From the NCBI GenBank assembly GCA_035221665.1, contig CM069132.1, positions 117,738,001 through 117,802,000 of the forward strand: a stretch of 64,000 nt of DNA. The letters are read 5' to 3'. Within the stretch, counting starts at the first letter, position 1. Every line of letters begins with the position of its first letter. Origin of the DNA: Okamejei kenojei. Taxonomy: Eukaryota. The translations under genes were made by a program, and so were the position numbers. Shown in pieces: positions 50,786 through 63,566 of the stretch. Under the pieces are notes generated by a model, which made no database searches, was not told where the DNA came from, and saw nothing but the letters and a program-made list of their open reading frames with translations.

Positions 50786-51290
50786 ATCAGATTTTATTCG
50801 CCAAGTATGTTTTGCAACATACGAGGAATTTCACTGGCCAGGTCAGTCATACAATTAAAAGCAACAGACTCAAAAACGGGACAATTTTGACTCCCGTAGC
50901 CGTCGCGTTCGGGCCCTCCGCATCGAGGCGATCCGCTCCTGCATCGGGGGGGGGTTGTCAGCTCCCGATGGCGATCGAACCTCGCATTGAGGCTGGTCGA
51001 ACCTTCTGCGGCAATGGAGCTCCCGACTAGCCTCTCCCGAGACTGCGAGCCCTTGATGGTAAGTCCACAGGCCGTGGTGGGAGCGATCCCATGCAAGGGA
51101 TCTGCTCCGATGTTAAGTCCGCGCCCCGCGGTGGGGCTCACGACAGTCCGAGGAGGCCTCCAACTCCAGTGATGGTTGGCCGCAGAGCCCTGAGAATGTG
51201 ATCCGAAAATTGATCACATCTCCGGGAAGGTAAGAACTTGAAAAAAAGTTTCCCTCGATCCCCTTGCTATCCCCCACATAAAACATCTGC
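50786..51290 (-). mobile_element. Unclassified GC-rich non-autonomous element splitting a Penelope terminal repeat (50728-50785 / ~51318-51422)
   Basis: Minus-strand AATAAA-bearing tail similar to 51870-51905. The PLE repeat continues on both sides. Confidence 0.5.
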
Positions 51291-52189
51291 CATCTCCCCG
51301 GCGCCCCTGGTTCAAATGGTTGATGTTTCGGGTCGAGACCCTTCTTCTGCCTTTCCCGCTGAGTTACTCCAGCTTTTGTGTCCATCTTCGGTTTAAACCA
51401 GCTTCTGCATTTCCTTCCTACACATTTCAAAGAATGAGAGGTTATCTGGATATCTAGAACTTTATGGCTCTCTTCATCTTGACTTTGATTTCAAGCTTAA
51501 TCATTTATTTGATAATCACCTTGCCCATCTGATTCCAAGATTCTCAGACCACCCCTTAATCCACCCTCCTAGTTATGTCCACTTCCCCTATTGCTCCTGT
51601 GGGCCCCATATATTCTTTATTCACTGTGGTGATGGTGAACTAGGAAGGAAGCATTTGTGTTATCAGGGTCTAATCATTCGACAGTTGGATAGGATATTTT
51701 AGCCTCCAGTCCTTACTGCAAGCTGGCTTGATCTACCACACTGCACTTCAGTGTATAAAATAATTCCTTGAAGCATTCATGGGCCATTGTCTTGCACCTA
51801 ATGTTTTATGTTTTATTCTTAATGGTTTACGGTTTGTCGCGTTGTTAATTGCGAGCGGAGCACCAAGGCAAATTCCTTGTATGTGTACATACTTGGCCAA
51901 TAAACTTATTCATTCATTCATTCAATCATAAACTTATTCATGCATTCATTCACCTGTCATCCACTGAGTGTTTGCCCCTGCAGTTTCATGCACATTGTGA
52001 TTGTGCTGCACGGTTGCAGCTTCCATCCTTGGTGTTGAATAGCACATTAATTGTGTATTATGCAAATGCAATAATTTATTTCAAAATATTTGTACTTTGT
52101 AAGTTACCAGAACATTTAAAATTTCCTGCCAATGCTAGCATGTATTGCTCAAACCCAATTGCATCATTATGGCTGTCCTTCTGCTGGAT

Positions 52190-53040
52190 CAAATCAAATC
52201 AAAATACGTTTTATTGTCATTGCACAGCAACTGTACAATGAAATTTCATGTGCATCTCCTTCAATGGTAAACAATAAAAGACACAGGATAAAAAGATTAA
52301 AAAGAACAAAACCAAATAACACAAACAACCATTTACTCTCACATTAACATTTACCGCAAGATCAATGCATAAAATAAGTAATAGATAATAAAAATTATGT
52401 ACATTATATTGCACATTCCAGCAGACAAATTTTTATAATGCACCCCAAATTGTGTAATGTTGCCCCTAGTATTATCTGTTTGAGTTAAGTTCTCTAATGG
52501 CACGTGGGTAGAAACTGTTAGTTAGTCTGCAAGTGCGGGCCTTCAAAGACCCGTATCGCCTCCTAGAGGGCAGCAGAGTGAAAAGATGGTTGGCAGGGTG
52601 GGATGTGTCCTGTGTGGTGTTTGTCACCCGACGTAAACATCGGGCCTTGTAAATGTCTTCCAGGGAGGGTAGTTGAGTGTTTGTGATGCTCTGTGCTGTT
52701 TTAATAACCCGCTGTAGTGCCTTCCTTCCAGCCACAGTGCAGCTAGCAAACCACACCAGGATGCCATAGGAGAGGATGCTTTTCACGGCGCACCGGTAGA
52801 AGGACAGCAGCAGCTGCTGTGAGACGTTTGCTCTCCGCAGAGTCCTCAGGAAATATAGCCGCTGCTGTGACTTCTTTACGAGAGTGATGGTGTTCACTGT
52901 CCATGTAAGGTCCTGGGAGATGTATGTGCCCAGGAACTTAAAGTCAGTGACTCTCTCCACCATGTCTCCTTTGATGTAAAGAGGAGCAGGTTCCTCTCTC
53001 CTCCTCCTGAAGTCAATAACCAGTTATTTTGTTTTGGACA
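52190..53040 (-). mobile_element. Rex1/Babar-like LINE 3' part
   Basis: ORF 52472..52963: FKFLGTYISQDLTW...QQRLYFLR...NSFYPRAIRELN; (ATTTG)n tail. Confidence 0.9.
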
Positions 53041-53503
53041 CTTCCATGTTGGAGAGCGAGTTCAATTATGTAGATCCAGTGATGTTGAAGAAATTATACA
53101 TATTTCCAAATCATAATGGTGTATGACATGGAGAAGAGACGATAGGTGGTGATGTTCCTGTGTTACCTGAAGGCCTCGTCGTTTATGGTGATGGAGGTGT
53201 TGACTTTGGGAGGTGTTGGAGTAAACTAAGTGAACAACTGCAGTGTATTTTGTAGATGTAGAACATAGTATAGTGGATCACAGGAATAGGTTCTTCAGCC
53301 CACAATGTCAGTGCTGAACATGACACAGTTAAATTAATCTGAAAGCAGCTTAAATGCCACTATCGTGTCTGCCTCCACCACTATGACAGCATATTGCAGG
53401 CACTCATCTCATGTGCAAAGAAAACTGGCCCTGCTCATCTCTTTTAAACTTTGCCCCTCTCACTCTGAAGCCATGGCTTTTAGTCTTCGACTTTTCCCAT
53501 CCT

Positions 53504-54653
53504 AGAAACATAGAAACATAGAAATTAGGTGCAGGAGTAGGCCATTCAGCCCTTCGAGCCTGCACCGCCATTCAATATGATCATGGCTGATCATCCAACT
53601 CAGTATCCCGTACCTGCCTTCTCTCCATACCCTCTGATCCCCTTAGCCACAAGGGCCACATCCAACTCACTCTTAAATATAGCCAATGAACTGGCCTCAA
53701 CTACCCTCTGTGGCAGAGAGTTCCAGAGACTCACCACTCTCTGTGTGAAAAAAGTCTTTCTCATCTCGGTCTTAAAGGATTTCCCCCTTATCCTTAAGCT
53801 GTGACCCCTTGTCCTGGACTTCCCCAACATCGGGAACAATCTTCCAGCATCTAGCCTGTCCAACCCTTAAGAATTTTGTAAGTTTCTATAAGATCCCCTC
53901 TCAATCTCCTAAATTCCAGAGAGTATAAACCGAGTCTATCCAGTCTTTCTTCATAAGACAGTCCTGACATCCCAGGAATCAGTCTGGTGAACCTTCTCTG
54001 CACTCCCTCTATGGCAATAATGTCCTTCCCCAGATTTGGAGACCAAAACTGTACGCAATACTCCAGGTGTGGTCTCACCAAGACCCTGTACAACTGAAGT
54101 AGAACCTCCCTGCTCCTGTACTCAAATCCTTTTGCTATGAAAGCTAACATACCATTCGCTTTTTTCACTGCCTGCTGCACCTGCATGCCTACTTTCAATG
54201 ACTGGTGTACCATGACACCCAGGTCTCGCTGCATCTCCCCTTTTCCTAATCGGCCACCATTTAAATAATAGTCTGCTTTCCTGTTTTTTGCCACCAAAGT
54301 GGATAACCTCACATTTATCCACATTATACTGCATCTGCCAAACATTTGCCCACTCACCCAGCCTATCCAAGTCACCTTGCAGTCTCCTAGCATCCTCCTC
54401 ACAGCGAACACTGCCCCCCAGCTTAGTGTCATCCGCAAACTTGGAGATATTGCCTTCAATTCCCTCATCCAGATCATTAATATATATTGTAAATAGCTGG
54501 GGTCCCAGCACTGAGCCCTGCGGTACCCCACTAGTTACTGCCTGCCATTGTGAAAAGGACCCGTTTACTCCTACTCTTTGCTTCCTGTTTGCCAGCCAGT
54601 TCTCTATCCACCTCAATACTGAACCCCTAATACCGTATGCTTTAAGTTTGTAT
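53504..54653 (-). mobile_element. Young CR1, near-identical to 29215-29903
   Basis: GVPQGSVLGP and FADD motifs; tagaaacata tail; candidate TSD atcct at 53499-53503 and 54691-54695. Confidence 0.93.
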
Positions 54654-56009
54654 TAGTTTGGCCTGGATGGTGTTGATATCTTAAGTTTGTATCCTGGGAA
54701 AAAGGCTCTGACTGTCTACCCTATGACTCTTATAATTGTATATACTTCTGTCAGGTCTCCCTTAAGACTTCAACATTCCAGAGAAAATAATCCAAGTTTG
54801 TCTAATGTAATAGCTAATATCCTCTAATCCAGGCTGCATTCTTGTAAATCTCTTGTGCACCATCTCCAAAGCTTTCACATTCTTCCTGCAATGAGGCAAC
54901 TGGAATTGTGCACAGTACTCCAATCATGGCTGAACCAAAGTTCTTTAAAGCTGCACCATGACTTTCTGATTCGTATACTCAATGCTTCGACCTATGAGGA
55001 CAAGCATACCATTCGCCGTCTTTTCCGCTCTACCTACTCGTGTTGCCGCTTTCAGGGAGTTATAGACTTGGAACCCAAGAACCCTTTGTACATCAGTACT
55101 GTTAAGGGTCTTGGCAATAACTGTATACTTTCTCCTTAAATTATCAGCTCAAAGAGCAACACCTCATACTGTAGCCACTGTGAAGCAGTGTTAGCATGGC
55201 AGAAGGGAAACCAGTCAATGGTCTGCTTTGGCCTGGATGGTGTTGATATCTTGAGTGTTGTTGGACTTAGTTGGTGTAAGCTTGCTTACGGTCTAAGTGC
55301 AAGATTTCAACATGCAACACATTTAAATTAAAAGTAGAATAGCCACCTTTAATCATCACTAAAGCATAAATCTAGAAATGGAGAACCAGATTTTTTTGAA
55401 TGAGATTTCTTTTACACAGTACAAAAACGATTTGTTGTACTTGTTTGGAATAGAGGCTAGAAGTTGTGATCTTTTAGTAATGTTCTTAAAAAACGTATTT
55501 GGAGCTAGCCAAGAGCAGGGCAACTTGATTCTACAATATTCTGAAGAAGGCTCCCAACCTGAAATGTTACCTCTGCATTCTTTCCACAGCTGCCTGACCT
55601 GCTGAATTCTCCAGCACTTTGTTTTTTGCCCAAATGCCAGCATCTGCAGTATTTAGTGTATTCTATAGGTATGTTGCTTCAAAGTGAATATCACTTCAAT
55701 TACTGAAGTAGTGCATTGATTATTTGGAGCTTGGCATTTATTTCTGGTTGTGGTTTTCATGACCTTTCCATTAGTGAGACTCCAGAATTCAAATGTTATT
55801 ATTTTACTTTTATCTGCCAGAAACCTGGATGCAGTAGCTTTAACTGCAGGTTCATTTACAAGTGTGAAAGCAGGAAGCATGGCTTAGGAATCTCACTGCA
55901 TTGATTAGCTTCCACCTGGCACTGACCAGTCTGTGGAGGTTGAATCCGTAATCCTTTAGAAGTTGTGCCTGATAAGTTAGATGTTTAAAAATGTTTAAAT
56001 AAAGGATTC

Positions 56010-56082
56010 GCCTGGATAGCACAGTTGGTAGAGCATTAGAGTTTTAATCTGAGGGTCTAGGGTTCATGTCCCTGTTCGGTCA
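56010..56082 (+). pseudogene. tRNA-Lys(TTT) pseudogene or degenerate gene
   Basis: GCCTGGATAGCACAGTTGGTAGAGCATTAGAGTTTTAATCTGAGGGTCTAGGGTTCATGTCCCTGTTCGGTCA has about 9 substitutions from canonical vertebrate tRNA-Lys(UUU), including breaks in the D and acceptor stems. No CCA; TTTT at 56088-56091. Confidence 0.88.
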
Positions 56083-56304
56083 TTCACTTTTGGTACATGG
56101 ATAGGCCAGGTTCGGAGGGATATGAACCAAATGCAGGCAGGTGGGACTAGTGTAGCTGGGACATGTTGGTCGGTGTGGGCAAGTTGGGCCGAAGGGCCTG
56201 TTTCCACACTGTATCACTCTATGACTCTATCATAGGGGAAATTGATGCAATGTCAAGCTACCCTCTGTCGTGAGCTTCCTCTGGAAGGAAGAAAGTCCTG
56301 GAGA

Positions 56305-57590
56305 GATAATGGTCTATTAGTGTTCAGAGATTTGTTTCAGTTGAGTTTAATAGCGTGATGTCTGTGGGGAAGGAGCTATTTCTGAACCTGGACGTTGCAG
56401 TCTTCAAGCTCCTGTACCTTCTACCTGAAGGTAGCAGGGAGATGAGTATGTGGCCAGCATGGTGTGGGTCCTAGATGATGCTGCCAGCCTTTCTGCAGCA
56501 GCGACTGCGATAGATCCCGTCGATGGTAGGGAGGTCAGAGCCGATGATGGACTGGGCAGTGTTTACTACTTTTTATAGTCTTTTCTGCTCCTTGGCGCTC
56601 AAGTTGCTGAACCAAGCAATGATGCAACCAGTCAGCATGCTCTCTACTGTGCACCTGTAGAAGTTAGAGAGAGTCCTCCTTGACATACCGACACTCCGTA
56701 ATCTTCTCAAGAAGTAGAGTCGCTGATGTGCTTTCTTAATAATTGTATCAGTGTTCTTGGACCAGGAGAGATCATCAGAAATATGCACACCCATGAATTT
56801 GAAGCTCTTGACCCTCTTCACCATCGACCCATTGATATAAATGGGACTGTGGGTTCCCATCCTATCCCTTCCAAAGTACACAATCAGTTCCTCGGTTTTC
56901 CTGCTGTTGAGTGCCAGGTTATTGTGCAGTTATTTTGGTCAGTTGGTCGATCTCACTTCTATACGCTGACTTGTCCCCATCAGTGATACGTCCCACAACA
57001 GTGGTGTCGTCAGCGAACTTGATGATGGAGTTCGCACTGTGACCGGCTACGCAGTCATGAGTATAGAGTGAGTACAGCAGGGGGCTGAGCACGCAGCCTT
57101 GAGGTGCTCCCGTGCTGATTGTTATAGAGGCTGACACATTTCCACCAATACGAACAGTCTGTGGTCTTTGAATGAGGAAGTCGAGGATCCAATTGCAGAG
57201 GGAAGCGCAGAGAACCAGTTATGAGAGATTGCTAGCCAGCTTGGAGGGGATGACTGTATTAAAAGCCGAGCTGTAATCAATGAATAACAGCCTGACATAT
57301 GAGTTTTTGTTGTCCAAGTGGTCCAGAGCAGAGTGGAGAGCCAGCGAGATCGCATCCACCGTTGATCTGTTGTGGCAATAGGCAAACTGCAGAGGGTCCA
57401 GGTTTTTGTCGAGGTAGGAGTTGATTTGCACCATGATCAGCCTCTCAAAGCCCTTCATCAACACCGACGTCAGTGTCACTGGTCGATAGTCATTGAGGCA
57501 CGTCACCTTGCTCTTCTTGGGCACCAGTATAATTGATACCCTTTTAAAGCAGGTGGGAACCTCAGACCTCAGAAGTGAGAGGTTATTCAA
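56305..57590 (-). mobile_element. Rex1/Babar-like LINE RT fragment, same family as 5812-7465
   Basis: [38 protein letters not shown] and KFADDT motifs, with frameshifts. Confidence 0.92.
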
Positions 57591-58149
57591 GGAGAGGAAC
57601 AACAGTCCAAGGGACATCTGGATGGGGGCAACGGCTGTAACAGGCCTTGGCCAGCTGCAGTTGGGATTGTGACATGGCACTAAAACTTGGCGACTCTTGC
57701 ATATTGCATGTGGGGTGTTTTTATGCATTAAGTACTTAACCGGGGATTGTACTTATATTACAATAGTCTTACTGATCTGTATGCAAAAAAAAACAATTTC
57801 ACTGTACCTTGGTGCACATGATATTATTAGGAACATTGAACCATTCATTTGGTTCATTATGTTTCATTGATTATTGAACAACACTTTCAATTTAGGATTG
57901 GTGGGAAACATTTCCCCGTACTGAGGTAAAGCCCATTGCATTAATTGGCATTAAATAGCTAATCAGATCGATGTGTCGAGGTTTGTTCATGTTGCCATGG
58001 AGATGTGGCAGATGCATGAGATACCTGTTGTCCTCTGCAGGTTCTTTACACGTTGACCAGCACAACAAACCTAAGGTGGATAGAAATAAAATAAATATGT
58101 TAGAATTTTGTTGTAGTGTGGTTACTTTGTAAACTGAATCCTACCACAA

Positions 58150-59012
58150 TGAGGGGGGCACCCAGTGGCGGCGCGACTCGCGTTGCAGCGGCCCCTACAG
58201 CCTGTCTGTCTTTTTTTTAAATTTTTGTCTAGTTAAATGTAGTTGTTCGTGTTTATTTTAATACTGTTTTTAACTGTGATTATGTGGGTGGAGGGGGGGG
58301 AAGAAACTTTTAAAATCTCTTCCCTGTACGGGAGACCCGACCTTTTCCCTGTCGGGTCTCTGTTGTTGTTGGGGCCTAGCACCGTGGAGCGGCCTCCAAC
58401 CAGAACGACCTGGGGGCTCCAGTCGCGGAGCTGCGGACTACTCACCATCGTGGGGCTGGCTGGCCTCGGAGCGTAGGGAGCAGTGGTGGTTCGCTGCTGC
58501 GGCCCGAATCCGGGGCTCGGAGGCTCCAGCTGCAGGCCTGTGGACTGTGATATTGGGAGCTCGCGGGTCCTGGTGGGAGACCACTTTTCGGAGCTCCCGC
58601 AACACAACTTCTCCAGCCCATGTCGCGGGGTTGGAACGACCCGGAGCGGGGCCGTACATCGCCCGGCCCGGCTTTAACGGCCGCGGGACATTCCAACGCC
58701 TGCTGGGAGCCTCCAACTTTGTGACTTTTGGGCCTGGTGCGGGGCCGTACATCATCTGGCGCGGTCTTAAATGGCCGTGGGACTTACCATCACTCGCCTG
58801 GGGCTTCAACATCGGGAGAAAAATGGTGCAAGGGAGAGAAAAGACTGCCTTCCATCACAGTGAGGAAGAGATTCACTGTGATGGATATTTGTGTAAATTG
58901 AATTGTTTGTATGTTTTGTAAGAGTTGTCTTTGTTTGTATGGCTGTGGAAACAGAGTTTTGTTTGAGCCTCACTGAGGTTCAAATGACATGAAATAAAAT
59001 ATTGTATTGTAT
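58150..59012 (+). mobile_element. Unclassified CpG-rich non-autonomous retroelement
   Basis: GC-rich body with an internal repeat (gcggggccgtacatc x2), ending in aataaaatattgtattgtatt. No coherent ORF. Confidence 0.5.
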
Positions 59013-61240
59013 TTGTCTGAAGAAGGGTCCTGACCCAGAAAAGTCACCTATCCATGTTCCCCAGGGATGCTCAGTTGCTCCAGCATTTTTGTAAGTTCTT
59101 TAGCATGGCTTTTTAGTTAGTTCTTTATATGCACCTGATTTGATTCACAAGCATTTAGAGGAGAACATCCAATTTGTAAATACTTACTGAATTGTAAATA
59201 GATACAAGATGAAAATTAAGAATAGGCATTAAGGTAATCTAATTGATAATAATCTAGTTAGCCCATTCCATCACGAGCACAGCCACCCTCTTCATCAAAG
59301 GCATCTATTTAAAGTGCTGCCTCAAGAAGACAGTATCTATCATCAGGGATTCCCAACATCCAGACCATGCCCTCTTCTCTCTGTTACGTTTGGACACGAG
59401 GTACAAAAGTCCAATGTTGCACACCACCATGTTCAGGGGCAGCTACTTTCCTATGAACATCAGTTTCTTAAACTGACCTGCACAACCGTAATCCTACTTC
59501 ACAACGGCATACTACGGCTCACCTCTTTCACTACCATGAACTTGGTTTCCAATTGTTTTTTTGCAATAGTTTATTGTTTTTTGTTGCAGTGTTTTCCTTT
59601 TTACTTGCAGTATTTAAGTGTAATATATGAGTAATTTGTTTCTTCTTTCTGCGTTGTAACTCTATATGCCTGTGATGCAGCTACAGGCAAGATTGTTCAT
59701 GTGCCAGGAGCAAAATTAGGCCATTTGGCCCATCGAGTCTACTCCACTATTCAATCACGGCTGATCTATCTTTCCCTCTAACCCCATTCTCCTGTCTTCT
59801 CCCCATAACCCATACTATTCAAGAATCTGTCAATCCGCCTTGAAAATATTAATTGACATCCTCCACAGGCTTTGTGACAATGAAATCCACAGATTCTCCA
59901 CACTATGACTAAAATTATACCTGTATCTCACTGTACCTGTGCACATGACAATAAAGTTGACTTGAATTTATAGATGCCGTTATTAACCCTGTGGCAGATA
60001 CAGATCGAGCAAACGTTCCCAGTAAATGGACTTGACAGATTTGCAGACAGGCTAGATAGATTAGCATTCACTGGCAGATTGTTGTGTTTCTCGTTTTGTA
60101 AGTCAGAACATTATATTCATGTTGAAAAGAGCCAGTTGGGATCGCATTGTCTCTTGGGCAATGATGTTTTCTCACCTGTGGGTGGGATGCTCTGTCTAAA
60201 ATGGAAAACAGATTTCATTCCTCGCAGCTAGTGCAGGCGACGTATAAACTGTAATGGTGCACGTTTCATGTTCAAGCTGTTAAAGTTTACGATTGATTAT
60301 TCCTTTTGAAGTTGGATATTAATAGAATAATTCATTTCAACCGTGTTTTGATGTCCTTGGAATATCAGAAAAACTTTAGTAAGTCTCGTTAATATTTTCA
60401 TTTTTGATTATCACTTCTGACCAGTGTGACTGCTTTTGTTCAGTTACATTTTCATCAGGTCTACCAGACTAGCATCTTGGCTTTCACTGTAGCTGGTGTG
60501 TTTATTTTAAACGTTGCTGGTTCCTGTCCTTGTTAATTAGGCACTGTGGGAAGGAAATGTGTCATTCTTGATTTAAAAGATCCTGTAAAAAGAGTGAAGG
60601 CTAGCGGTATTGTTTTGTGCAAGTGGTGACAGGTGTATGACAGAAAAATGAAGCCATTGACTTGCATTTGTTACAGCTATACAAGGACCCTGCTATTTTC
60701 ATGCTCTACCCTTGAGAATTCGAATGGCAGCTTGACAGAAGGTGAACATCACAGTGTGATGTGAGCATCTGCGTAAAGCTTTAGCTACTGAGCATGCTCC
60801 TTGATGTGACGAGTTTCTCTGTCTCCCTGGAGAGAGGGATTGAACTTTGCACTATAATATGCGTAAATAAATTCCATATTTGACTTTTAAAAGATTCCCA
60901 CTTGCAATATTTTTTTTGTCTCTCCTGTCATGTAGTGCCTGCGTGATGAACGGAGGTTTCTAGGTGTACTAGTGGAATTGTGGCAACCGAAGACTTCAAG
61001 TATGGAAAACACCTAACCTTCATTTTTCAAAGAAGCGAGCTGTCTTGTTTGCTCGCTCGAATGACTCATTATAGAATGAGAGGAAAGAGGCTAAAATGAA
61101 AGGAGCAGGTTTGCAAGCGTTCGGGCAAGATGGGTTAAAAGTAAAGCAGTGTTGATTGAGCAGCGCACAGTGGCAATCAGCTTTATCTAGGATCAGAGCT
61201 AGGCACAGCCACAGTGGACAATAGCTGAGATCTCCGGCTA

Positions 61241-61309
61241 ATGAAGGCCACCTGGATAAGGATTCTGAAACGAGCTAAAGGAGGACGTTTGAAGAATTCT
61301 GATCTCTGT
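61241..61309 (+). CDS. CACNB2: CACNB2 beta2e-type alternative first coding exon (polybasic membrane-targeting N-terminus)
   Basis: Translates to MKATWIRILKRAKGGRLKNSDLC (mammalian beta2e is MKATWIRLLKRAKGGRLKNSDIC). Phase-0 donor GTAAGA at 61310. Too short for the ORF track. Confidence 0.96.
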
Positions 61310-61993
61310 GTAAGAATAAACATTTTCTTAATTTGCTTTCGGTAACGATTGGCGTGGATGAAGTGAGACAAACACAGCTGCCGTGTTTGCAGCACCGGTT
61401 AATATAATGTAACTGATGATTGAAATAATTTGTTGAAATCTGCTCGAGAGTCAGAGTAACCTTTTATTAAGCCTGTTAGGAATTTCTGGCAACTTCACTA
61501 TTTTCACAAATAGGTGGCAGGGAAGTATTTTTGATCTTAATCTATCGGAAACCAGCGGATGTTTGCAAAGATCAAAAGATGCAGAACAGCACAAGGGAAA
61601 AGTAAAATAGTAGTTGGAAACAGGATCTTGTGATTTTATAGTGTTAGACATGCTTTGTATATATTTTCTTTAGTCATCTGCTTTGTGATTGTGCAACAGT
61701 TTATTCAGGTGACTCTATTGCGAAATAACTGCATCCAAATGTGTGCGCATAGAATTATACTTCAAAATAGAAATATTACCAACTCAGAAGTGGGAGAGAG
61801 ATAAGATGGAAGCATAATCACTCATTGTTTCCAGCAAATTAATTTTCCATTTGATATCCTGGGATACAGTCATTCCTAATTAATTTGCTTTACATTACAG
61901 ACTGTGGTGATTCGCTGCAAGTGCAATGACTTTCAAACTGCAGTTTGCTTGCCATCGGCAAAGGTCACATATTTCCCATGTCTTGTCTCGCAG

Positions 61994-62113
61994 GGTTCGG
62001 CGGACTCCTATACCAGCCGTCCATCTGAATCAGATGTATCTCTGGAGGAAGACCGCGAGGCAGTACGGAGAGAAGCACAGCGCCAAGCCCAAGCCCAGCT
62101 GGAGAAAGCAAAG
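61994..62113 (+). CDS. CACNB2: CACNB2 first common exon (120 nt), voltage-dependent L-type Ca channel beta-2
   Basis: Acceptor tcttgtctcgcag, then [40 protein letters not shown], then GT donor at 62114. Phase 0 at both ends. Confidence 0.97.
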
Positions 62114-62199
62114 GTGGTGTAACGCTCGTTTAAATCATATTATGCATCTAGATTTTATTGCAACTATTATTATTTTACTTGTTGGATTCACAAGCTCAA

Positions 62200-62555
62200 G
62201 TTCGCAAGTTATATGAACAGAATTAGGCCATTCGGCCCTTTGAGTCTACTACGCCATTCAATCATGGCTGATCTCTGTCTCCTAGTCCCATTTTCCTGCC
62301 TTACCCCCATAACCCTTGATACCCGTTCTAATCAAGAATTTGTCTATCTCTGCCCTTAAAACATCCACCGACTTGGCCTCCATGCCCCTCGGTGGCAATG
62401 AGTTCCACAGATTAACTACCCTCTGACTAAAGAAGTTCCTCCTCACTTCCTTTCTAAAAGAGCGCCCTTTAATTCTGAGGCTATGACCTCTGGTCCGAGA
62501 CTCTCCCACCAGTCATGCTTTTCACATCCACTCTATCTCTGCCTTTCATTATTCT
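62200..62555 (-). mobile_element. CR1 3' fragment
   Basis: GESRTRGHSLRIKGR...FFSQRVVNLWNSLP. Confidence 0.88.
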
Positions 62556-62579
62556 GTAAGGTTCATCGCATGGAACAAT

Positions 62580-63170
62580 GTTAGAACACGTTTTTTCCCC
62601 TCCCCCATCCCCAGTCCCCTTCCACCTATATCCCTCCCTCTATAGCTTTATATTTCCTCCTCTTCTCTCCTTATCTGTCACCCTTTTGTCTCCTTTTTAT
62701 CACTAGCCATTGTCCACCCATCTGCCCATCAAACCCTCCTTCTCCTCTGTATCCACCTATTCCTTCTCTCCAGAGATGCTACCCGAGGCTATGCTGAGTT
62801 ATTCCAGCATTTTGTGTCCACCTACCACCATGCTGTGTCCTGCCCCCACCTCATTTCCAGCTTTCTCTCTCCTGCTACAATCAGTCTGAAGAAGGGTCCC
62901 AGCCCGAAACATCGCCTGCACATTTTTTCCGCAAATAATGCCTGACTCCAGCATTTTGTGTATTACTTAAGTTAGAATGCATGTAGGAAACTGATCTAAG
63001 CAAGCAGAAATACCCCGAGGGTCGATTTGGGAGAATTTCTAATCTCCTTTAAATATTTAAGTCAAATTAAAGTCTGAAGGAGGGTCCCGACCCATAACGT
63101 CACCAGGCATGTTCTCCAGGCATGTTGCTTGGCCTGCTGAGATACTCTAGCACTTTGTATCTTTTTTTAG
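62580..63170 (+). mobile_element. Penelope-like terminal repeat relics
   Basis: Pyrimidine-rich tract plus gtctgaagaagggtcc...cccgaaac motifs at ~62885 and ~63073. Confidence 0.65.
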
Positions 63171-63249
63171 GTCAAATTAAATGTTGCTTTCCATTAAATA
63201 CTGGCATTCAGGAATCTAAATCTATTTCTTCAAATGTGTAAAGTACTTT

Positions 63250-63562
63250 ATAGTCATAGACTCATACAGCGTGGAAATGGGCCCTTTGGCTCAACTTACC
63301 CTCACCGAGCAACATGTCCCATATACACTAGACCCATCTGCCTGCGTTTGACCCATATCTCACTAAACCTATCCTATCAATGTACCTGTCTAAATGTTTT
63401 TTAAACATTGCAATAGTACCTGCTTCAACTACCCGTCAGGTTCCTATTAAATCTTTCTCCCCTCACTTTAAACCTATGTCCTCTGGCTTTCAATTCCCCT
63501 ACTCTGGGCAATAGACTCTGTGCGTTTACCCAATCTATTCCTCAGATGATTTTGTACACCCA
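63250..63562 (-). mobile_element. CR1 3' fragment
   Basis: Same family as 8498-8860. Confidence 0.78.
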
Positions 63563-63566
63563 TATA

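Noticed and set aside
58233-58921. Cluster of overlapping ORFs of up to ~124 aa
   Set aside because: A product of high GC in a repeat-like element; no domain recognised in any frame.
1-61240. Searched for beta2a (MQCCGLVH) and beta2b (MLDR...) first exons
   Set aside because: No convincing match by eye; they may lie upstream of the window, be absent or be diverged.
61904-61993. N-terminal part of ORF 61904..62122
   Set aside because: Intronic read-through upstream of the splice acceptor at 61993.
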